64,000 bases of DNA from Vicugna vicugna (taxonomy: Eukaryota), in assembly GCA_013265495.1 (NCBI GenBank), contig MU058198.1, forward strand, positions 6,959,779-7,023,778. Reading direction: 5' to 3'. How positions within the stretch are numbered: position 1 is the stretch's first letter; the number at the start of each line of letters is the position of its first letter. This document shows positions 54,060 through 64,000 of this stretch, in pieces. Below the pieces are notes generated by a model. The model was not told the origin of the DNA. It saw only the letters and a list, made by a program, of their open reading frames with translations, and made no database searches. The position numbers were made by a program, and so were the translations under genes.

Positions 54060-54710
54060 CACACTAAGATCAAAAGTCTGGAAATACTCCGTTGGTGAAG
54101 GTGTGGGAAGACAGGCCCACCCACAATGTTGACGGGACTGTAAGCTCTCTGCAGGACAAAGTGAAAATATCTATCAGGTTGAACATAAATTTTGACCCAG
54201 AAATTCTACTTTTAGGAATTATCTATCACATTTTCTCATTCATGTATTCTAAGAAATATTACAAAGATATTCACTGTGACATAGTTTATAATATCAAAAG
54301 AAAAAAGAATAGCTTAAATGTCTCATTAGTAAGGTCTTAAACAAATTTTAGTATATCTATAATAGCATACTCTGCAGCTGCTATACAGGATGAAATATCT
54401 ACATGCACAAATGTGGATGGAATAAGTTCCAAGATATATCAAGTGGAAATAGCATAACTCAGGTACACATATAGTATGCTAATATGTATGTGTCACAAAA
54501 GGGAGGAGATTAGACACACAGATGCCTATATATGCACAGAATGTTCTGGAAAGATAAACAATAAACTCTGAACAATGGATGCCTCTAGGGAGAACTGGAG
54601 TACTAGAGGTCAAGGTGAGGGGAAAGCTTATGTTACGCTCTACACTCTGTTACTGTTTGAATTTTTTATCATGTGTGTTACCTTTCCGATAATAATTTAA
54701 AAATTTTTAA
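54060..54710 (+). mobile_element. Old L1 (L1ME-like) 3' fragment
   Basis: ttttgacccagaaattctacttttaggaattatct and a degraded 3' UTR. Confidence 0.55.
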
Positions 54711-56295
54711 TAATAAAAGAAGCCTCAAGGGTGCATATTGGGCAAGGATGGAGAAGGATTCAGCCCTCCATTATGCCTTAGGTGATTGATATAAAAATGT
54801 CACTTCTTTGTCAGGAGCCTCTGTCTTCAGTCTCCCTCTCTTGGTGAGAAAGGGGATAAGAGTGGATCTGGAGACATGAACTAGGAACCTAATCTTGCCA
54901 TAGACCCATTCCTTGAAAGAGGTGGCCATGGCCCACTGGACAGTGTCCACAGCATCTTGATTCAGATGTTAAGATCCATATATTATGTGAGAGGCAGTGT
55001 TTCCCTGCAGTGGCCATATTCAGAATGGGAGTTCTGAGTAAGGCCCAGCCTGACATTATGAGGATAGGAAGATTGTCTTGACTCTAAAAGCCAGCACTGG
55101 CCAGGAGAGTCTGGGGTGCCAAGAGATGAGGGCTAGCTCCAGTACTAGGGAAACTGTTTTGTCATGCAGGGAAACTGAAGCAGAAACCTTGGCCCATGAA
55201 GCAGAAGGAAAGAGAAAGGTAGGGGTTTGGTAGGCTTAAGTGTTCCTAGGGCTCACCTCAGGCAGTCAGAGGAAGGCAAAGGTCCCTGGGCTTTTTGGAG
55301 AATAGAGTGAAGGACATATGGTGTGGGAAATGGCAAAGATACAGAAAGGGAAGTGAATTAGTGGGGTATAACCTCCATCACTTAGCCTAAAGCCTTTTCT
55401 GTTCCTTCCCAACTTCATGGGCCAAAGCAGATATCATAGAATTGTTGGGTTCCTTGCTCTTATCATTCTAGGGCTGGAAAAGTCCTTAAAGATGTTTTGA
55501 ATGATGTTAATATCCTTCCATACTCTAAGCTCAATTCATACATTCACAGAACTAGCGAAACCATCAGAGACCATGGGACCTGGTATACAAGGCCCTTCTC
55601 CTGCTTTCTCCTCAGGAGAAGCAGGTCTGGAAGAATTTCCCCCACAATCTTTCTCTGTCTGGCCCAAGTCCCAGCTCCTAGTAAGAAACCCATACCTCAG
55701 ACAGCTCCACTTTCTTCTCCTCCAGATCCAGCTTAAAGTCAGGAGGCGGCACAATGCTGAGAAGCCCAGAAAGTCCCCCAGATTCCTCTGTGGTCAGGCC
55801 AACTTCATTAAAATGAATTTTATTCTCTGAGGATTTGATCATGGAGGTGTTACTGCTTTCTTGATCACTGTTCCTATGGCCACAGGCTCACAGTGAGAAG
55901 GGAACAGGTATATATCAGCATCTTCCTGTAAAAGAGATTTGACCTCATTTATAGTCAAACATGCAGCAGGCAACCTTGCAAATGGCACAGCATGAACAGA
56001 ATTAAGAGAGTTCTGAATGACTTAAGTCAAAAAGAACATTAAATAAAATAGTACATGTGAAAGTATGTGTTCTATCCCTGGTTCAGCTTATGTCCTTAAT
56101 AGCTGTTAACCATCCATAGCAGTATTAACCTTCATATCCAGAAGGGAGATCATCCAACTGAAAGGTTGTAAATTGGTAGCCGTCAGGCCAAATAAAACCC
56201 ATAGACCTGTTTTGTATGATTTCAGTGTCAAAAACTTGTTTTAAGTCAACTTTTTAAAAATCACTATCTTTCAGTGAAAAAAAATCAAAATTCCA

Positions 56296-56892
56296 GGCAA
56301 TGCCCTCCTGTCAAAGGCTATCAAGAACAAAGTTGGGTTTACTGACTCATTGCAATGGGGAAGACCACACAATATGGGAAACTGTGGGACATCTCAGTCA
56401 GAGATGTTAGAAATGACTTATTATAGGACTTGAATTTGTGTTAGGTTTCTGGGGAGGATTCAAGGAAAGAGGCTTTGCTCTGATTTAGATGCTATGAGGA
56501 AGTGGGGAACAGTTCTATGATTGAGTATCTTTAAACTTTTTATCTAAAAGGTGGGAGAAAAGGAGCAAGACTAAAGCTATTATTGATAAAGAAGCAGAAG
56601 TAATTTATATTAGGTAGGATGGGGATATTTGGTGATTTCTGTTGTTTGGATAATGTTCTTGTTTTTGTCTGTGTTCAGAAAGGATGATAGGGTTGTCTTG
56701 TTTTTGTCTTGATTCATCACAGTGACAGAGTGGCCTTGTCTCTGTGGTATTAGTGTTCTGCAAAATTGTTTATGTTTATCAAGAAAAAGCGACAGTCTAA
56801 CTATGAGCGTCATAACAGCTCCTATCAACACCAAGGCTTAGATGATAGTGCCAGGTCAGCTCCAGACTGTCACAAGGTGCTTTCTCTTCCTC
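56296..56892 (-). mobile_element. MER110-like ERV1 LTR (3' LTR)
   Basis: Reverse strand gacaaggccactctgt...tcaagacaaaaacaagac...ctgaacacagacaaaa...cagagcaaagcc...cctataataagtc resembles recalled MER110. A purine tract (aagagggagac) lies immediately upstream. Confidence 0.75.
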
Positions 56893-59800
56893 TGTCTCCC
56901 TCTTGGCCAAGGGCACATGGAATCAGGCCTCAGGACTTTAGCCTACTACCCAGCTCTTTACCACTGCCAAAATTTTGTTCATCAGGAGACTTTCAAGAGA
57001 ACATCTATAGTTGGACTAAGGCTAGTCTCTCTTTCTCCTTCTGTTGCAGGATGAGTCCCCAAATCCCCTGACATGACGATGGTTGCACAGTAGTATTTAA
57101 AACTCTGACCAGAATACAGCCAAGTGCATCACAGGAAATTAGCAGAAACTAAATGGTTAGTAATCTTTGTAATAGATCCTGAAGGCAGGGGCCTAGATTA
57201 CCAAACCCTGGCAATGAAAACATGTCCGAAAATCCAGCTTGCCTTTTTCAGCGATTCAAGTGATTTTGTTTTTTTCTTTTAGCGTAGTCACAGGCAGTTC
57301 AGCTTGACCTGTATTTATATAGGTGCAGCAAGAAGTGTTTGCTAAAGCCCAAATTTCTCCGTGGTTGGTTAGTGACTTTAAATTTAAATTGGTTGGGCTT
57401 CCGAGCAGAAGTCATCAGTTATGATGTCTGCTGAGATCAGAGACAAGTTTTGGATCACCTTTTCCAGTAGTATTCTCTCTCTCTCTGGGAAGTGTAGCTC
57501 ATACAGCATGCATGATAATGGAGTAGGTTATCCCTCCTGGGAGTTTTCCTGAATAGCCTACCTCATTTTGGAGATTTCTGGAGAAGTGGTAGTTTAAAAT
57601 ATCTGAAAGGCCCTTAACAATTACCCTGAATACACTGGATAAGTTAGTGTACAGCAGGTAGGTAAAAGCCTGATGTCTGCATAAGAAGTTGGACCCTACT
57701 AAGGCATAGATTGTATTGGGAGTATAAATAAATATTTATCACGATGGGAGTACCCAATTTTTGGACCCTTGAGGTGGACAGATTGCTTGAGTGGAGTTAC
57801 ACAGTTTCTGCAAACAGGTTGGAGTGTCTCAGGGGAGAATAAGCTGACTGTTGCAGCAAAGATAGCCCCAACATCAGTTCCCATTCCCAATGATCTAGGT
57901 TTTACCTGTAGGGCAATAATGGCCTCAGTAGAAGCATATTGTTCAGGTCTGAGTTTTTCAAGACCAAACTTTGGAATTATGTGAGAAAAACTTAAGACCA
58001 GAAAGGACCTATAGAAGGATATCTACCTTCTGAGGTGTTTGAAGTTATTACATTTTTTTTGTCAGCAGGATTAGGTGGGAAAGCAACAGTTCCAGGAATG
58101 AGTTAAATTCAGGGCAATACCTAAGGTCTGAGAAATATGCACTAGCATATTTTTCTTCTTAAGCAGCAAAAGGAGACCACAGTGGGTCAAAAGTAACAGG
58201 ATGAAGATATGGGAGATCATATTAAGAAAACTTTTAGTCAGTTAAAGATAGTAATAGGCAAGATTAGTAGGAGAACAAAGGGTATGAAAGCAGTACTGAA
58301 GAACCAAAACAAAAACCTTGTTCTGCATAAGCTGTTTATGTGTGCAGTTAGCATCTTGTTCCTTGGACAGAAGCTGCCCACAGTCAGCAGATTTCCAGAA
58401 AATGTTTGAGAATCCTGTTTGAGGTCCCCCAGTGGATTGGATGCCCACTACTCTGGAGAAAGTGTGAATGTCTTTTTATTTAGGAAATATGCATCAAAAG
58501 ATCAACAACTTGGAGTTTTATTGTTGTGTCAGTTATCTGTAAAGGTTCTTTTTGTAGAGGCTCAAGGGCAGTTTCTTTCTGATTCTTTTCCAAAAGACCG
58601 AATCTCCAGATTTCAGATAACGCAGAGCTCCTTAGAATGGTGTTTTGGAAATGCAGCTTGCACCTACTGGTGGTAAATCTAGAGGTAATATACAAATCCC
58701 TACAGAAGTTAGTCATATAAGTTGATAATGGGATCAGTCTAGGATTGGAAGTAATTCCCAAATGCATGAGTAGTTAACTCCTAAGGACTTGTGAGTCCTG
58801 GAGGAAATTGATCTTATTGTATCAAGGGCAATGGCAAAACTTCAGGTTTCTGAGAGTTTTGATAATTAGGAGTTTTTCTCATTACTTTAATTCTCTTTAT
58901 TTTTGCTGAAGATAGTGGATGATACGGACAGTGTATTTTCCAAATGAAAGGTAAATGGTATACATAACTAAAAAAATAATGGTGCCAGTGAAATATGTGT
59001 CTTTGTTACTGGAGAGATAAATTGAGACCCGCTTCCCCCCAAAGTTGGGCATTTAAAAATCAAGCAATTTTTCTCCACCAGTATGTTCACAGTTCTCCTG
59101 CAAGAGAAAACCTCAATCCACCCTGAAAATAAACAACAATAGCTAGAACATACTTACAGTTCATTTGGAGCTGTTCACGGGGCCTCAAGGCTTTGGTTCT
59201 TGTCCATGTCCTACCTTTGTAGTCTTGCCAGGAATATGTCACTGGCAAGTAAGATGTGCATTGGAAAATCCTCAGCAATGCCCTTAAAATTACCCTGACC
59301 CATCTTTGTTCAATGTTGTCAATTTATGTCTGGTATTTAGGCAATATCAAGAAGCATTCTTGCTAAACTCCATTTTCATTATGGCTATTTCCTTAGATAA
59401 CAGCAAAACATCTATGTTTTTAATTTGCTGTCTATTTTCTAGGGATTACTAGAGATGTCAGGGAATCTCTCTTTTTGGATTAAAAAATTTCTTGAAATAA
59501 TAATAGATTCACAAGAAGTCATAAAAATAGTATGAAAAGGGTACCATGTACACAGTTTCTCCCAGTGGTAACATCTTACATAACTATAGTGCAGTATCAA
59601 AACGAGGAATTTGATGTTGGTACAATCCACAGACCTTATTCAGATTTCATCAGTTTTACATACATTCATTGCATTTGTGTGCAGTCCTATGCACACACAG
59701 AATTTTATCACGTGTAGATTTGTGTCACTACCACAATCAAGATACAGCACTGTTCCATTACTACGAAGATTGCGCATTGTATCTCTTTATAGTTACACAT

Positions 59801-60900
59801 CCCCTCTCTCCACCCTACTTCACCCCACTCCTGTCTTAACCTTTGGCAACTACCAATCCATTTTCCATCTCAATAACTGTGTAATTTCAAGAATGTTGTA
59901 TAAATGGAATCATATAGTATGGAACATTTTGAGATTGACTTTTTTTTTTCACTCAGTATAATTCCCTTGAGGTCCAACTAAATTGTTGCATGTATCAATA
60001 GTTCCTTTTTATTGCAGAGTAGAATGGTAACCAATAGCTGAGAAGCCTAACAGAAGACAGTGAGACAACCTGAGATTTAACAATAGCAGAAAGCTGTTAC
60101 TACCGCTCCTAGGACTCCAGGAACAAATGGTTAGTGCTACCAGATTCCAGAGCTTGGGTCTCTTGTAGAAGATGGAATCATAGCCAACCTCCCCTGTGGG
60201 AGCTGGATCTATGTGAGAGCTAGTGTCATCATGGGGGATGCTACTTAATGTGGAGATAGGAGTTAGAGTAGAGGAGGGTGCTAGTAGAGAAATATCCTGG
60301 CTTCTGCCTTCCTCCTGCTTTACGTTCTCCCTCCATTGCCTTGCATTGGCTGAACCCAACTGGAAGACAGATGACTGGCTGCCTGGTATGGGTAGCCTGC
60401 AGTTGTCACCTTGCCACAAAACTGAATACATCAGGATTTAACAGTCCCCGGACAATGAATAACAACTAGGGGCTTCTCCTTCTTCATGAAAGAAAAGGAG
60501 GGTGGCTGGGTTTACAGAGTTGCAGTGACGGACACTGACATCTAAAAGAAAAACCAATATTATTTCATAGGCAGATAGGCCACCAGCCAAGAAGTACTGA
60601 GTATTTTCTGTCAAAAGAAGAGTCTTTAGAAAGAGGAACCATTATAGTTAGTAGAGACTCTAGAACGAAATCAAGGGAAATTTTCACATATTCTGCTACT
60701 GTTGCTATAGCTCTTAGATGAGGTAGATATGCCTTGGCTACTGGATCTAATAAAAAGCTGAAATAAGAAGCAGGCCTCTGATGATCCCATGTAACTGACC
60801 AGTACCCTTAATGCTTGTTCAGATTTTTCACGAACAAATTAAGGAAGGGGCTTATAAATCTAAAATTCTGGAAACAGATCTTTCTGTAGATGGTTATCAT
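56893..60900 (-). mobile_element. Decayed class I ERV internal region (pol tether, integrase and env remnants), interrupted by later insertions
   Basis: Minus-strand translations: HQRPASYFSFLLDPVAKAYLPHLRAIA (60783-60700, pol), SSNKDTYFTG and HCPYHPLSSAK (~59020-58895, integrase), LEKVIQNLSL and ALANTSCCTYINTG (57470-57305, env TM). Confidence 0.8.
59484..60020 (-). mobile_element. L1MC-like 3' fragment inserted in the ERV
   Basis: cagtttctcccagtggtaacatcttacataactatagt...ggtacaatccacagaccttattcagatttc and tataaatggaatcatatagtatg. Confidence 0.75.
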
Positions 60901-61693
60901 ACTAGTCTTCGTGCTTAAATATGACATGCTTTTTTTAAACTTGAAAATTTTACAACCTTAGACATATATTTACATTAACATAACTTTACTCATGTGAAAA
61001 TAACTTAGGCAGAAAACCTCTTTTTTCAATTTATTAGTTTTTTTTAAGAATTATGAGTTTAGTAGACAAAAGAGCTCTCATAATAGTTTTGAACTAATTA
61101 AATTTGGAAAATTCCAGATAAACCTAATGATTCCTATTGTTCTTCATTTTATAGAATACAGGAGCAGATCTTTGTGCTATTTAATGGCTATTTTAGGAAA
61201 CCCAAAGATAGTTCAGGCACAAAAAAAATCCTAATAATTTTATTAGTCTAAATTTGGGTCCTGAATTTAGGAAAGGCAAAATCAAGAATAGTGGAGGAAA
61301 CAATATATAAGTAATAAATATCTAAAGAAAAGAAGTATTTATAGGCAATGTTGTAAAACACACAGCAATGAACAATAATGATTATTTGGAATTTAATTTT
61401 TTTCAAAAATTAAAAACTCTTTTAAAAATTATTTAAGAGTATGTCAAAAAGCACCAAGAGTTAACAGAATACTTTTAGTGACAAAAAGGAAACTCTACTA
61501 ATCTGGACATGAAATAATTATTTTACAGAAAAAAAAGCCAAAATTCTCAGTTTCCTCCTTTTATATATTATTCATGTAACAATTTTTAGTAAATGATTTA
61601 TTACTATACTTTTATATATGTGTATTTAGACATACACAGATGCATAAATATACAAATACGTAATAAATTGAAAATTTCAAAACATAATTATCA

Positions 61694-61785
61694 TATATGT
61701 ATGTTCATGTATAACTGAAAAATTGTGCTCTACACTGGAATTTGACACAACATTGTAAAATGACTATAACTCAATAAAAAAAAAT
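61694..61785 (+). mobile_element. Short young L1 3'-end insertion
   Basis: ataactgaaaaattgtgctctacactggaatttgacacaacattgtaaaatgactataactcaataaaa, closely similar to the copy at 62644. Confidence 0.75.
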
Positions 61786-62564
61786 TTTTGGATCTTAAAT
61801 GCAAAAAGTTAATAACAAGAACAATTGTTTTAACTTCTCACATCCTATGAACATTAAACGCAAAATAAATATAAATTTAATTTAAAAATATATAATTATC
61901 AGTATATTAAATCAAACAATGTATATATCATATTTAAATTACCACCTTGATAAATTATAACTGTCTCAACAAATAAATAGAAATGATAACCATTATTTTG
62001 TATACATATTCTTATTTTGTATTGTACTTCTATAATTATTATACCTAGCATAGTTAACCATTTATATTATCAAAGTAACTGATTTTTTTTTCCAGACACA
62101 AGGGAAAACTAGAGAACAGAAAACTAAGAATTCTTTAGCTATTTCTTCCTATGAGTATACATTTAATACCACTTAAATAAATTTATAGTGGCAAAAATAA
62201 ACATATTTATAATATCATATATGAAGTCACTTGCATTTTTTTCATATTTTATCAATCTATTGCCATTCTAAGAAACAGGATAAAAGTTATACTTAATGAC
62301 CAATGTTTTTTGTTTGTTTCTTTCATAGAAACTGTCCGGGCATCTAAACATTATTTATTAATTAACTTAATCATTTGTCTAAGGTCTTAAAATTAATTGA
62401 AGATCTGAAAATTATAATTTTTGGTAGCATATTAAATCCTTATGATTTGTAACACTGTAAATATTCATCAAAATTAGGCCTTTTAAGATGATTTTTTAAA
62501 GATATATATACTTATTATTTCTTTTAGTTGAATACAATTACATATTTTTCTTTAATTTAAATAA

Positions 62565-63885
62565 TATACTCTACCAAACATTTAAAGAATTAACACCAAT
62601 CTTTCTCAAACTGTTCAAAAACTAGAAGAGAGGAAACACTTTCGACAATGAGTGTGTATATGTCCATGAATGACTGAAAAATTGTGCTGAACACTGGAAT
62701 TTGACACAACACTGTAAAATGATTATGAATCAATAAAAAATGTTAAAAAAAAAAAGAGAGAGGAAACACTTTCTTCTCATTTTATGAGGCTAGTATTACC
62801 CTAATACTAAAACCAGGCAAGGACACTAGAAGAACAGAAAATTACAGGTCAATACCCCTGATAAACATAGATGCAAAAATCCTCAATAAAATATTAGCAA
62901 ACCAAATTCAGTAATACATTAAAGGGATCATATACCATGATTAATTGGGACTTATTCCAGGATGTAAGGATGGTTCAACATCCACAAATCCATCAATGTG
63001 ATACACCACATTAACAAAATGGAGGATAAAAATCATAGGATCATCTAAATAGATGGAGGGAAAGCATTTGAAAAACTCAACATCCATTTATAATAAAAAC
63101 CAACAAAAAAACTGGGTATAGAAAGAATGTACCTCAACATAGTAAGGCCCACAACTAACATCACATTCAATGGTGAAAAAGTGAAAGCTTTTTCTCTAAG
63201 ATCAGGAACAAGACAAGAATGCCCATTCTCACCACTTTTATTCGACATAGTATTGGAAGACCTAGCCAGAGTAATTAGGCAAGAAAAAGAAATAAAACCC
63301 ACCAAATCAGAAAGGAAGAAGTAAAACTATCTTTGCAAGTAACACACTATTATATATAAGAAATCCTGAAGACTCCACCAAAAAAACTGTTAGAATAAAT
63401 GCACTCAGTAAAGTTGTAGGACACAAAATCAATATACAAAAACTAGCTGTATTTCTATACACTAAAAACAAACTATCAGAAAAAGAAATTTTTAAAAAAT
63501 TCCCACTCATAATAGCATCAAAAAGAATAAAATACCTAGGAATAAGGAGAGGTGAAAACCTGTACGTTGAAAATTATGACACTGATGCAAGAAATTCAAG
63601 ACACAAATAAATGGAGAGATATTTGTGTTCATAGATTGGAAAAAGCAATCCAAAGCAATCTACAGATTCAATGCAATCTCTATCAAAATTCCATTGGCAT
63701 TTTTCACAGAAACAGAACAAATAATCCAAAAAAATTTTAGGGTACCACAAAAGATCCCAAATAGCCAAAGCAATCTTGAGAAAGAAGAACAAAGCTGGAA
63801 GCATCACACTTCTTGGTTTCAAAGTATATTACAAAGCTATAGTTATCAAAACAACACGCAGCATTGGAAAAAAACAGACACATAA
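62565..63885 (+). mobile_element. LINE-1 ORF2 (RT region) fragment
   Basis: [50 protein letters not shown] and AIYRFNAISIKIPLAFFTE. Confidence 0.9.
62644..62756 (+). mobile_element. Short young L1 3'-end insertion with 17-bp TSD inside older L1
   Basis: TSD agagaggaaacactttc at 62627-62643 and 62757-62773, with a poly(A) tail. Confidence 0.85.
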
Positions 63886-64000
63886 TAGTATATCTTAAAA
63901 AGTCTCATCAAAAGAAAAAAATTGTAACTATGTATACTGACAGATGTTAATTAGACTTATTATGATGATCATTTCACAATATATACAAATATTGAATCAG

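Noticed and set aside
57100..58400. Co-opted env gene (syncytin/HEMO-like)
   Set aside because: No long ORF, in-frame stops and a broken CX6CC motif.
43500..64000. KCTD13, expected next by synteny, as a gene loss
   Set aside because: No exons were recognised, but the human gap is recalled as tens of kb, so the gene probably lies beyond the window.

Overview
Mammalian genomic DNA syntenic with human 16p11.2. It is probably camelid, an inference from recalled Vic-1-like tRNA SINEs and short young L1 3' ends. Gene order: 3' exons of DOC2A (+), INO80E (-, 244 aa), HIRIP3 (+, 587 aa), TAOK2 (-, alpha 1236 aa and beta 1049 aa isoforms) and TMEM219 (-, 240 aa). About 21 kb of repeat-rich intergenic DNA follows, with several L1s, a nested L1/MER8/SINE and a decayed MER110-like class I ERV. 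All coding exon boundaries were read from the sequence and obey GT-AG and phase. The most unusual structure is the TAOK2 first exon: it has no AUG, carries about 10 degenerate ~29-nt hairpin-forming repeats, and holds a ~208-codon non-AUG frame that splices to overlap the TAOK2 start. Other points are a distant branch point for the TAOK2-beta acceptor, overlapping DOC2A/INO80E 3' ends and a twin-priming-type L1 inversion. Gene and repeat names come from recalled sequences, not database searches.
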